Positions 49,995-63,051 of a DNA stretch of 64,000 nt are shown here, in pieces. The DNA comes from Moniliella sp. 'wahieum'. Lineage: Eukaryota. The notes under the pieces were generated by a model. The model did not search any database and had not been told where the DNA came from. It saw nothing but the letters and a program-made list of their open reading frames with translations. The stretch's first letter is position 1. Each line of letters starts with the position of its first letter. The position numbers were made by a program, and so were the translations under genes. Location of the stretch: contig RSEE01000002.1 in assembly GCA_003971905.1 (NCBI GenBank), positions 992,001-1,056,000 on the forward strand, read 5' to 3'.

Positions 49995-52186
49995 GTGGGT
50001 TGTCTGCCAATGAGATACGAAAGATGCCATGAATCTGTGTCCCCAAGGAGGCTGGAGTTGGGGCGATAACGTAGTTTGGATGGGACACCCCCTTGAGGCC
50101 AAAGTGCATGGGATCATGGTGCTCAATGGCCATTCTGCCGTCATGGTTTCCTACACGGTACAAAACACGAAGACTCGGTGCCGTCTCGTTCCACATGTGC
50201 TCATGGCGTGTCATATGCGCCAGTATAACACTGCTGGTCCCTAGAAATGACCAGCTACAGTCAAATCAAACTGATGAGGCACAAATGAAGGAGCTGCAAG
50301 TCGCCTGTTGGGGCAAACGAACTGATAGATGAAAGCCCCAGAAAAGACGAAGAACCCACCAGCATCCGTTGGAGTTGCTCCCTAGCCATAATAGCTCTCT
50401 GAGCCCTACTATTATACACTACTGAAAGCGCCAAGAAGATAATTGGCCACCCATGAACGAGCATTGGAGATGCTGCCCATTGAGAACATCATCGCTCACA
50501 TGGTCACCGCATCTGCATCCATTCGCGGACGCAGAGGAGTGTTGGAGGAGCCAGAAAGTATGGTGGTGAAACTTGAGAGCGCATCGGGGAGGGGGACGTC
50601 ATTGAGAGACAAGCGATTATCTCGATTATCCACCACAGCAAGTGATATCTGGGGAAATATTCAGTTCCCAAAACAGAAGACACTGTGGAGAGGCGTCTAG
50701 TGACAGCCCCCGGACTTTAGCTTGAAACTTGATCTACACTTAAAATATGAGATCTGTGACATGTGACGTGTGATCTGACTTGACGCTGCCGGTGATATGT
50801 CGATGATAGCGGCGAGAGAAAATAGTCGGGTCGGTCACTAGGTCACTAGCACTCGTCACGCGTCCCTAGTCACTAGTCACTGGCATTATGCGGAAGCATG
50901 CTTTGGGACATGTGTCGCGCAGGGCCCGTTGCTCGCACCTGAGCCTGAGGCGCGAGTTACATGTGAGAGGAAGAGGGAACAATACATGTGGATGCGATAT
51001 GGCCGGATGACCCAATCAATACCTTTGGTCGCTTAACTAGGACTCGTTCAGTACGTTCAGTTATTCGGCACATGCATGACGGGAACAAGCTCAAACACGG
51101 GGAGCCGGAGATACCGGTGGCAAGGTGCCAGACAGGTGGCGTTAATTAGATTGTACGATCGACAGAGGGCCACATCACCTCTACACACTGCATGTACCTT
51201 GGCTACATCCGATGGAAAACATGGTACAGAACGTCAGCCGCGTTATGGTGTGACATGAAGAAGTCATTCACGCAAGAACGAGAGCCCCTCCGCGTCGGAG
51301 TTTGGCCTCAAACCGGGAAAAAGCTCTCACTTTTTAGTGACCGGCGAGACTCGGTCGTATATAGTAGAGGCGAGATACTGCATTTCGCGATCAAAGGATA
51401 TACGCCATCTGTGTTGGTATACATCGTTTATGTGGTTTGTGTCACAGTCGGGGCTAAGGCGCTAAGGCGAGGAGACCAGAGCCGAGACTAAGCCAAGGGA
51501 TGCAGCAATCGTTCGTGAGGGAGAAGCAAGAGCAGAGGACATGACGCGAAGCGTAAAAACAAGGAAGCAGCGAGACGCTCGGGACGAATAGGAATTGGAA
51601 ATGGCAGCGAGCGATATCAACGTGATCAACCAAACTATGACAGTTTGGGACTCTCTGCTTTGCAAACTCGACAACAATAAGCTTCTTCCTCACCGGGAAT
51701 ACAACGGCTGCATTATTGAGTGAGAGCATGTACGTGGTAAGCAACGCGACAAAAAGACTGCAGATAGCAGTTAAGCTTATAGCACACCACAGTAGCGTGT
51801 GGTGGTGCTCGTCCCGGCGCGTCCCGCCCCCTTCGTGCAACGTTTTGGTCTCTCTCGGGGGTAAGGGAGAACCGGACCTAAGCCTTTTCTGATGTGAAGA
51901 GATGCGCGGTATGGTCCGCGTGTGTCGGATGATCGATGACGGGCCATGATCTATGGTCATATGTCTGTTGAAGTTCACCATTCAGCGCCCTCGGCGCGCT
52001 CAGCCTCTGAGGGTTCATGAGGCGGGAACAAATAACTGAGATGCAACAGAGAGGAGCCAAGCCCCAATAAACTGTGTTGAAGATTGTGGTATAAAAAGAC
52101 AATGGAATGCGTGCCCTTCGTCCTTTTATTTGACCCACACACCCTTCTTGTCGCCCATCCTCCCTCTCCCCTTATCTGTTCTCGCC

Positions 52187-53147
52187 ATGTCCAACGGCAT
52201 CACTCGCATCGCCCTTGTCGGTATTGGAAACGTGGGGGTGCCCACTTTGGAAGCGTTGCTGGCCACACCAGGGCTAGAGAAACCTGTTATTTTCTCACGG
52301 GACCCTACGAAGAATGCTTCGCTGCAACCGTTCCTTGAGAAGACGACCGTGATCACCGTGTCCTACGAAGATACCGAGGCAATGGCCAAGTCCCTCAAGG
52401 AACACAAGATCCAAGCCTTGGTGGCAACCACGGGCGGCGGCAATGGCCCCAGCCAGCTTCCTATTGCCACTGCCGCCAATGAGGCCAACGTTGACCTCTT
52501 TGTTTCGGCCGAGTTTGGCGTTGATTTCCTTACGGTGCCCGACAAGGAACTGCACCCTTGGATCCTGGGCCGAAAGCATTTCCATGCTACACTGAACGAG
52601 GTGCGACATCCCTCCAGTAGGCACCGAATTGTGGGCACCTATACTGACCCGATGTACATATATGCAGATGGGTTTGCGCTGGATCTCCCTTGCCACGGGA
52701 CTCTTTGCCGACTTTGTCCTGGACGCTGAGATTGGGTTCAACGTATCCAAGCAGACTGCCACTATTGTAGGGGATGGGAAGCAACTCTTTGGTGCGACCA
52801 GCCTAAAAGACATTGGTCGCGCTACCGTATTGGCGGTGCAGGCATCTTTGCCACCCCCGGGTAAAGGTAGAACATACGCTATCACCGGGTTTGAGGCTAC
52901 TTTGAACGACTGGGTCAGCGAGGCTGAAAAGATTACTGGCACCAAATGGGCCGTCACCTACCGTGCTTATGACGAGGCCCATGCGAATCAAGCGACCGAG
53001 GACGATGAGGGCTTTTCTGACTTCTTGCGTGCATCGATTGCTGATGGGCGCTTGCGTATTCCCTCCGACAAGTTGGACAATGCCCTACTTGGGTTTAAAC
53101 CTCAAGTGACTCTCCAAGAGGCAGTCAAGACAACTCTGTTGGCTTAA
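52187..53147 (+). CDS. NmrA-like / isoflavone-reductase-like NAD(P)-binding oxidoreductase, 1 intron (52601-52667)
   Basis: IALVGIGNVGVPTLEALL Rossmann start, FVSAEFGVD, WISLATGLFAD, GDGKQLFGATSLKDIGRA. Confidence 0.88.
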
Positions 53148-54126
53148 GCTTTGGTGTTTTCTTTCATCCCCATCGTGGGAAGAGAGGTGAGAAAGTGAAC
53201 CCGGGACGATGCTACGTGTTTGGTGTTACTTTTCAAGCTGTACTCTTATTCCAGTGTCCCTACTGTTTGTGAGATCACGCGCATAGCTATGAAACGTGGT
53301 ATCTGAGAGGGCCTTACATTCCCGTGACATTCATAGTACCCAGCCCCATAGCCACTTCAACATCTTGCACGTCAATACCGTGAGAGGTCAAAACATCATG
53401 CGCGACGGGGAAGAGAAAGGGTAGTCTCACAGACAGAGTCCTTATCAGTAGCTTTGGGACAGCTACTAGGGACTATTATAAGCCTTGCAGCACACACACA
53501 AACGCTCACAGCCCCAGCTTTCTCCTCATATGTCATCTACTTTGAGTCTACTCTCGCATCTTACTACATTTCCTTCTCCCTTTCCTTTCTTTATTCGCAG
53601 TTGACTTTGGGAAAGTTGGATCCCTTGTTAATCGCACATAACGTGCTTTTGTCAACTCTAGATGGCTATATCAAACACTACATGATAGAAGAGATGCAAG
53701 AAACGCGAGAGACTGTAAGGGCACCAGACTAAGATGTTATAATAACCCTCTGCTAAAGCCGTGAAAGCTGTAGCAGTGGAACGAACGTGACGCATCACAG
53801 GGTTTGCGTGTGAGAGTCGCGTCCATACGTTGTTGACTCTGATAGGTAGAGTGCCATTCCACACATTGGCTCTCTCTTCCCGTCTTCCATGCGTCTCTTT
53901 CACGAGTGTATAGTGTGTGTTGTGAGTGCAGTAGTGATTATAGGTATAGTTGAGCTTTTGGATTTCTTCGATGTGGTTAGTACGTCAAATTTTTAGCTCT
54001 TGCTTGACACTGTCAGCCGTCACCGGTGATGTCACCAGGTTTATGCCAAGCATGTCGCTAATTCAGCACCTCCACCTCCACTCAGGACCCACCGCTCTAC
54101 CACACCACCACCACTTTTCGCCAACC

Positions 54127-57100
54127 ATGGCAAGCGAGGCCCAATCCTCTCCTGGGATTAGTAGCGCACCTGAAGCGCGAGAGCGTGATGCCACCGCTCG
54201 TTTTCTCTGGCAACAGGCGCACTTGATCCAGCGCGAGTTCGCCGCCACACAGGCCCGCGACAGTCTACTGGTTGAGCCCCATCCGCCCGAGGAGCTCGAG
54301 GCACAGGGTCTTGGCATTTTGCACCTTTATGCCCGGAAGGTTCGGCACACATGGCAAGGCGTCAGTCTCACATTGGAGCTCTTGCCATCAATTCGATCGC
54401 GCTACCTCCCCATCCATGCATTCAAGAAGGGTAGCGTTGCGCCTTGCAGGACGAAACCGCTCCATGGGGCGATTATTGGTCCACCCCTACCAACGGCGAT
54501 GGGACCAAAGTGCGTGCTGCTAATAAGAGCCGCAAACCCCGTTCCAAGCGTGGGCGTGGTGAGTCGCACCTCTCCTTGGGCTGTGGAGGTGATTGTGCGT
54601 CTGCCACACGGCCAGAGGCCACCCCTGATAGGGTAGCCAAGTTTGCCGCCTCGTTACCGACTTCACTGCGTCCGTGGCCCGAGCGGACTTTGAGGTTTTC
54701 CAAATCATGCGACAAGCCATCGAGGCAGTGGCCACCCCATTGAACGCTCGTCTCCCTGCGAGCCACCATAAGACCTCTACGGACAGCAAGAAGAGCACTC
54801 CCCAAACAGTTGGGCCGTCGCGCGCCTTGCAACCTGGGAATACCAGGCCATTTCCACGCACATGCGCGCTATTCTCTGTTCGGACGAATTTGCCTCTGCT
54901 CCTCAAGCGAATGAGGAGAACCTCCCCCTTTGCCCTTCAAGCCGTTTAACCAAGGGTTGAACGAGGAGCAGCTTAAGGCGATTCGCCGTTCCTTCCTCCA
55001 CCCTTCACTACACTATGTCCAGCCCACTGAAGACGGTTCTCCCCGCCGCCTTTGGTTCAGGAAACGAATGATGAGTCGGATGACGACACATCGTCACAAG
55101 CGTCAGACCTCGTCTGTCATTACCGCGGAACTGGTTCGGAGGAAGCATGAACTTGATGATCTTACCGACCAAATGTCTCGTTTGGACGTGCAAAAACAGG
55201 AGGATCCCAGTCCTAGTCTGAATCTGTTCCGTCCTCCCCAACTCAATGAGCTAGAGATGGGGAAGAACGTGCTTCCCCTTCATCTTCTTCATGGCCCGCC
55301 TGGAACAGGCAAGACGACAACGCTGGTGGAGCTGATTGTTCAGTTGGTGCTAGGAACAAGGATTGGCACCGAACCCGTGATGGTGGACGGACAAGTTGTC
55401 AACTATGGCCGTCGCCCCCGAATTTTGGTCACGGCCCCTTCCAACTTGGCCATTGATACGGTTGCGGAGCGGCTGGTAGCGCATGATAAACCTTGGTTCC
55501 GATTTTTCCGTGAGCACCAAATCAAGGTAGCCCGAATTGGTAACCCCGTGAGGATGACCGAGCGGGTGGCACGGCACATGCATCACTTTCATGGGTCTGC
55601 TCTGGTGAGCTCTGCACCTGTTCGTACCAGCTCTGCGTCTGCTCCTGCCAGTTCTGCAGTTCCTCCAGCCGGGCCTACTTCGCCGGCTGGTGGAGACACT
55701 GGTTCAGGTACCGCATCGCCTTCACCTGCCGATGGGGGTGCCGCCTCAGCTGCACCGGAGCACCTACTCGAACGACCTGTAACCGGCACTGCTGATTCGA
55801 AGAATTGGGACCAAGCAGCTGAAGTGGTGCTGAGCACCTTGCATGCAAGTGGAGTTTGGGATCTTCACGGGACGTTTGACTTTATCATTATTGACGAGGC
55901 GTGTCAGGCGGTTGAACCACTGTGCTGGGTGCCGCTGACACGGGCCTGTCCTGATCCGCAAGGCCCACCTGTGAAGGTGGTGATCGCAGGCGACCCAAAG
56001 CAACTGGGTCCAGTGATTATTTCGGAGGATGGGATGACACCTCCCCCTGCGCCCGATGCTGAGGAGTTGGAGAAGGCGGGCGCTCCAGTTCTTGTTCCTC
56101 CTCAGATGCTGCAGGAAACCATGTTTGAGCGTCTGCTTTTGGCCTATCGCGGCTGGCCGGGAATCAAGACATTCCTCAGTGTTCAGTACCGATTCAATGA
56201 GCAGATCATGGCGTTCCCCAACACGTCCATGTACGAAGAAGGACTGCGGGCCTATGCGACCAACGCATCCATTAGATTGAACGATTTGCCCAATACGTCG
56301 CAGCTCACGTCCAAGCATGGCTTGCCTCTTCTACCTCCTACAAAAGGGACAGAGATGCCATCGGGTTTCAAGCATACTGCCTACTTCAACAAAGACAAAG
56401 GCAAAGGCAAAGGCAAAGGCAAGGGACCCCCTCCTCGCCCTGCCAAGTCTGGGGGAAATGGCAAAAAACCATCGACCAAGAGTCAAAAGGAGAGGAAATC
56501 CGCTTTGCGGGCCGAGAAGAAGGCTAAGAAGCAAGAGGAACAAAGGTCGCTCAGAATGCTGGGAAGAAGGCTGCCAAGGAGGCGATGCGCGAGGAGAAGG
56601 CCTATGCCTCATCTTCGGAAGAGGAAGAAGAGGAAGCAGAGGAGGATGCCGAGTGGGATGCCCCGCTCGTGTTCTACGACACGGCAGGATACGACCTCTG
56701 GGAATCGAAGCCGACCAGTGGGGTCTGGGGAAAGTCTAAGAGCAACCAAGCCGAAGCGCGTTTGGTCGTGGCTCATGTGCTCAAACTCTTGGCTCATGGG
56801 GTCCGGCCGGAGCAGATTTCGATCTTGACTCCGTACACGGCCCAGGTGCGCGCGTTGCTGGAGATGGAGGTGATGCGTGCAGGAGGATCGACGGCTCGAT
56901 TCGCTCGATTTTACCCCGAGATTGCGATTGGCTCCATTGACTCGATGCAAGGCCAGGAGAATGAGTTGGTCATTGTTTCTCTGGTGCGGAGCAACCGAGC
57001 CCATGAAGTGGGCTTCCTCAAAGACCTTCGCCGGCTCAATGTCGCCTTGACGCGGGCCAAGCGTCAACTATGTATTGTGGGTGACAGCGAAACGATCGGG

Positions 57101-57190
57101 GGCAAGCATTACTCGCTTCCGTACTTGCGGAGCTTGATGCTTCACTTGAAGAGCAACGCTAGTTTGCCTTCGATTGAGGCGCTAGTCTGA
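54127..57190 (+). CDS. Superfamily 1B (Upf1-like) helicase, Hcs1/IGHMBP2 type
   Basis: LNEEQLKAI (Q motif), HGPPGTGKTTT, LVTAPSNLAID, IIDEACQAVEP, AGDPKQLGP, QYRFNEQI, SILTPYTAQV, IDSMQGQE, VGFLKDLRRLNVALTRAKR; frameshifted. Confidence 0.92.
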
Positions 57191-57506
57191 TATCAGTCTG
57201 TCTCCGATCGAAGCAGTGTGCGAAATGAATGCATACGAAGCTCCGTCATTCACTTTTACCAAGTATTGGCCAGTTTGGGCTATTGGAGGAACACATACAA
57301 TGCATAGAGCACTACAATGAGGGGCAGGAAGGGGATATGTCGGAGTCACATGTGGACATAGCGGGAGGGAGAAGTATGAAGGAAAAGTACGGCACACCTG
57401 TGCGCCAGAGCAAGGACAAGGGGCACAGCGCGATTCCATACGAGACCCGGGGCGAACCACAGTCGCCAGGCCAAGAGATCCGGGCAGGGGACACTCAGTA
57501 CTCAGT

Positions 57507-58572
57507 TTGAGTACTCACGGGCGAAAGACTGGGCGGCTAAAAGTCCACATGGTCCGGGTCAAAGTATTTGCCAAAGTCGACCTTGCGCCAGGGGCGTCCG
57601 CGTCCAAGTCCCCGGCTCCCTCCCGACCGCCGGCTCGACCAAACTCCAAGGCGCCTACCGGAGCTGACTGTGACGAGCGGAAGGTGCGGCGAGCAAAAGG
57701 GGTTCCTGCACCAATGGGCGCCACAGGCTTGCCCAAGTTGGGGTGACGGTGCGACGGCACTGGCTGCACATACGGCGCTGTTGTGGGGGCATGCGGGTTC
57801 ACTGTCTCATCTTCATCGGATGAGCTGGAGCTGGCATCATCCGAGCCAAAGTTGCTGCAGAGCACAATGAGCGGTCAGTGGCGGTGGAGGGCTTGAGAGC
57901 AGGGGCGGGGCGGGGGGGGGCACTTACGCTTCTTCATCTTCCTCGGCCCAGCGGGCAAGGACAGAGTCGACATCTTGTCCCCCCAGGGCACCTTCATGTT
58001 CCACTGAGGGCTTGACACCCAAGACGTCGAGCACTGGCACCTCAAGGTCCGAGCGAGAAGCAGCATAGGTCGACAGCGTGGGCTGGGACCGAGGCGTAGC
58101 GCTGCATCCCCCCCGAGGTGCGAATCAGACGCAGCGTCATTCCACGTGGCTGGGGTTTGAAGCTGGCGAGAGGCTGGAGTTCATTGATCCCGCCTCACAG
58201 AGGGATGATAGTTGGCCTTGACCGGTTCAAAGAAGGGCCCAGGGGCCGGGCGGGGCCCCGGCTCATGTGGCGCACGGGCAGGCTGGCCGTGCGCTCAAAG
58301 TCGGAACGGGTGCGGCGGATGTACTGCAAATCGTCCTCGGTTGCATCGGGCGAACTGGTGGGCGCGGTACGCAGCAGGCGCCTCCGGATCTGGGTCGGAT
58401 GGGACTGCAGACGGTCAAAAATGCGCATGTCGACGTAGTTGTTGGCCGAGATGGAGCCCCGCCAGGTGGCTGGGTGCTCATCGCGCTGGGCCAGCGCAGC
58501 ATCGTCGGCCTCGGCCTGCGGCCCGGCGTTCCTGCCGAGGAGGCCGACGGGCGAAGAGAGGCTTGGGATCAT
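57507..58572 (-). CDS. Hypothetical low-complexity protein
   Basis: GC-rich codon-like ORF segments (MIPSLSSPVGLLG...; SDDASSSSSDEDE...) on the minus strand linked by apparent frameshifts; no recognisable domain. Confidence 0.4.
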
Positions 58573-59651
58573 GGACGGCGCTTGTCCAGCGGCGTGGCGA
58601 GCACAGCCATGCCGAGGGAGAACGGGGCGACGGTGGGGTTGGGGGTGATGGGCGCGCGGCTGAGGCTGCGTTGCACGTTCAACGTTCACGGCTGGTTGGC
58701 TCAGACGCCGCTTGTGGTGGAGTGACCTGAAGTGCGGCACCGCCGACTTCAGCCGCCCCCACCCGTCTGTGGCGACGACCCACTCTAAAAGCGGACATTT
58801 ATTTGCAACTCGGCGGCTACGCGACGCGGGCCCTACACTGGCCCTGTGCGGCACTTGCACGCGTTGCTCTCCACGTGTTCACGCGCTGGGAAAGGAGCCG
58901 GCAGGGCGTGTTACCTGTCGGACGCATCTATCGCGATATGCGGGCTACGGACTGGGCCATCCTGCGACGAACGCCTACCAGCTGCGGAAGGTGTCTCCAC
59001 CACCCGCCGACTTTGTATCTGTCCGCGCTGCCAAGCATATCCATGCCGATTTCGGGCAAAGGCACAGAGTGCCATGATTACCACCGCTGACATGATGGGT
59101 GCAATGGAGAGACGACAACGATCCCAACTAGGCCGGGATGAGTCGGAATCTGACGGATCGGAGCAGCAATTGCTCGCTGTCCGAAGGTTCACTTCGATTG
59201 CCAACACAATTCTATCTGTTCCTCGCCATTTTCCCTATCGAGGGGTGTGGTCAGGGGTGGACTCACAAAGGGGAAGACCGTTTTCGGTAACTCGACTATA
59301 TACCTAGCCTAGTCTGATCGATTGATTCAGATCGCATCAGGATCGCACGTCAGCGTCACCCCCGTTATGTCTCCACACTATGTTGATGTGCACGGCCTGA
59401 TGGCTATTGATCCGTCCGTCGATATATATAAGCTGTCCTGTCGTTGAGATGCCTTGTGGGGATTCTATTTGGGTAACACAGCACGCGTATGGGTACCAGT
59501 GCACAGGACAAGTGCTGAGAGAGTCAAGGGGGGAAGCCAAAAGAGCGGTGGTGTGCATTGATCCAGGACACGAGACTAAAACGAATAAAGGGAGGGGCAG
59601 CCCGAAAGAAAACAACCTGTGTTTCACACAGACTAACAAGAGAAAGGTGCA

Positions 59652-61097
59652 ATCAAAGAGAAGCGCGAATGCGCCTAGGGTCATGAGAAGCGCGGGGGCA
59701 GCAATGTGGGTGCGCATCGCGCCCGACTTGGAGGAGGAAGAGGATGGGGAAGATCCCGAGCTTGAAGCTGAGCCAGACGGGGAGGAAGAGCTGCTAGCGG
59801 AAGTGCCGCTTCCGGTGCCGCTCCACTGCTGCTTCCTGCAGGCGCTTCGACATGCACGTCAATGTCTTGAACAAAGATGCGGTACTGGCTTTGCGGGTCA
59901 GAGAGCATAGGGTAATCTTGGTGGGAGTAAGGCAGAATATCAAGCGTAAAGTTGGCTGCATTGAAGGGCTTGTATGCGTTTTCCAGATTCGTTCCGCGCT
60001 CGAGATGGGTAGAGCCCTCACATTGCGCAGCCGGCTTGGTGTCGCCAGGGCCATTGTCTTTGGATCCCAGAGCATGGTGCATGGTGCGCGAAAAGTAGCG
60101 TTGAATCGTAGCGTTGCGGTCGAATCCGTTCTTGGCGTAAGCAGGCACACCGTCCAGGCCGTAAGGCCAGGTGTCGAAGCCGGTGGATGGGCACCGGCCC
60201 TGACCAGGCGAAACGGGGCGGTCGGTCGTTGGCCAGGTGTAGGAACCGCAGTTGCCGTACCAGTAGCGCAGGTTGGCGTCATTGGGGCCGGGCTTACGCA
60301 GCATGGCGTACCGCTGCGTAAAAGAGCAACCGAGCGAGTGGCCAGCAAGGACAATGTTGTTCAGGTTAGGGTAGGTGGTGCGGTTGAAGAACAAGTCGAG
60401 CATCTGATCGAACGCACGGAACGAGGAGACGGATGCATCCCCTGGACCCTGGGAGATTTGCCCTTCGGCCCAGCTGCTCGGGCCAAAGTACAGATCGCCA
60501 TCTTGAACAGCACCGGCTTTCTGCTCGAGGGTGGACTGCCACGCGGGGGCAGCAATAAGGATGGTGGACAAGTCGACGCCCAAAGTAGCATTGTTGGCAG
60601 CACAAAGAAGATCGTTGCGGACCAAGCTGGCGTACTTCCAACTATCGCGCGGCTTGCCGGGCTGAATAACAACGACACGTTTGATCTTGGTTGGGTCTTT
60701 GCCCGTCTCGACATAGTAAGGCAGAATGCCGCCCTTGGTGTTTCCGCCTACATGCAGGTCACGCTTGAGGTCAAAGCCGAGGAGCTGGGGAGCTCGGTCC
60801 AGCCAGCGGTCTGGCTGCCGCCTACCTGAGGCGACCCAATAAAGGCCGTGTTGGTGCACCAGGCCGTCTGGGAGTTCTGCGCGACGTCTTGGCCTTGAAG
60901 AATGACGGTCTGACCCGCCGCATCGCCGGGGCGAGCGCCGGGAGGGCATCGCCATTTTTGAACTTGCTGGCCAAGTAGCTGGCTGGGTCGAGGGGGTCTG
61001 CGCCGGCCTGGCGGGCGAGAGGGACACGCTGCAGGCGGTGGGCACTGGCTGTGGCCACGGCGGCGCCGAGGGCAGCGATGGTAAGCGAGAGGCGCAT
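59652..61097 (-). CDS. Secreted alpha/beta-hydrolase-fold protein, probable GPI anchor
   Basis: Signal peptide MRLSLTIAALGAAVATASA; nucleophile motif LAGHSLG followed by QRYA; Ser-rich linker and hydrophobic tail (SGAMRTHIAAPALLMTLGAFALL); 3' end approximate. Confidence 0.8.
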
Positions 61098-63051
61098 GTT
61101 GTCGGCTGCTGGGGCGAGGTGGTGGGGGTAGGAAGCGGGATGGGGGGGGGTGCCGGGGCGGGAGGGTGGATGGATGCGCGCGAGAGGCGGCCACGCATTG
61201 GAGGGTTCGGCTTGGCGCGTAGCCTGCCTTGGCCTGCCTGCTGCATGCCAACGACACCGGAGATCCAGGGTCTGCCGGCGCAGGCCGGCGCTCTAGAGGC
61301 CTCGTGCAGCGCTTGCGGCAGACGGGCTGTGTGTTGCTGTGTCGCAGTGTTCTCTTGGCGTTGCGGGGCGGCGGAGCCAAGAGAGTGCACGTGGAGCCAT
61401 CGTACCTCGTGCTGATGCACTGTTGCAGATGCAGGGGGCCGCTGAGCGCTGACTATGACTAGGCGGCCTGGGAGCTGGTGCACCGGCGCCGATCGGCCAC
61501 AGGGGCGCAGGATGCCCGCAAGGGGAGAGGTGCGTGCGCCCCCTCGCAGCACGGGGGCAGGGAGCCGCTTCGCGTTGATCGACATCCCATATGCCACCAG
61601 GGCGAGGTGCTGCTGCGGAACGGAGGCGGACGCGGAGTACGCGAGCAGGGCAGGGCAGCTGAGCACTGTGGGCGGTGCGGGTGGCGGTGGCGGCAAGTGA
61701 TCTGCATGGCGCGTGACTAATAACGTCCTACTGATTAAGCAACGAGTTCAGTACGTTCAGCGTACTGGCAGCTCAAGCACTGGAGCTGAAGCAGGCTGAA
61801 GCACTGCTGCAGCGCTCCTGCCGAGCTGGTGGCTGGCTGCACCGCCCTGCCCCATTCCACCGCTGACCGGTGATCATCCTACCACGCACTAGCCGAGCGT
61901 GGGCGGAGCTGCGCCGGTAGCATGTAGGCAGCACCTCGGGTGACCGGTGACTAGTGACCAGTGACTAGCACTGGTGACTAGCTGGTGACCGTGCCCGGTG
62001 GGACGGCTGGCCATATGCCAAGAGTCAGTCACGTGGCTGCTCGCCACATGCGGCACACGTTACCGTCACACGTCATGAATGCCTAGGGACATGGTGGCTG
62101 GCTACTAGGCTACTGCCGGTAGCTCGGCACGCCTCAGTCTGAGTACCCAATCACTCTACTCAGTATAGGCGCTAGGTTCTCGGTAGATACCGTGCTGAAC
62201 CGATGAACCTCTGAGGTGGAAAGGGTATGTGCACCCAGACGAGGGCAGGAATGTGTTAGCCCTAAGGCCTAAGGCCTTAGACCAAATCCTCCACGTGCAT
62301 GCTTGGCCACATCATGTGAATGTCATCTCTCGTCGCATGTCACACCCATGCGTGCGTGAGATAATATGCACATCACGTGCATCTCACTGCCGCAGGGATG
62401 CAGATAAAAAAGGTCACCTGGAAATGTATGATGGCCACGGCATGCTGGCAGCTTGTCTCGTTCTATGGATACGAACAAGACTGCGCCAACACTTCAAAAG
62501 CTTGGGGACACGACGACGGTCGATGCCGATGAATCAGGACGATCGGAGTCGATCGAGAGGCAATTGCACCAAGCATCAGATCGATGAGAGCATAACGAGA
62601 GAATAGGGAGTTTAAAAGCGGGGGGAACTATGCACCTTCGCTCCTAAGTACCCTAAGTAGAGAGTATAAAATCAACAACCAAGACAGCGGAGCAGGGAGA
62701 AGACAACTGTGCTCCCACGCCGTTGGAAGTGTGTTGGTAAGCTAAGTGTGTGTTGGTAAGCTGTTCGGCGCGAATAGCAAGCACCCTTTCCGTCCCTTTT
62801 GTATAAAGAAAAGCCTCCCTTTGAATGGTTACGCTGGCAACCTCAAGCACAGACTATATGAAATCCGGCCGGTCTCTTGACCCTCCCCCCCCCCCCCCCT
62901 CTCCCGGGTTGTGTATAGTCTCTCCTGTTGGTCATATTGGTTGTACCATGTGGCATGCATATACACAGGGATCACCAATTGCCCGTCACGCGGGCATGCG
63001 TGCTGGGAGCCTTGCCTCTGCGACGCTATTAGTATCGACACCTGCATCGAC

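Noticed and set aside
61100..61696. N-terminal 200+ aa of the 671-aa ORF as part of the hydrolase
   Set aside because: A clear signal peptide starts at 61097 in another frame; the upstream open frame is GC-rich UTR or promoter sequence joined by indel errors.
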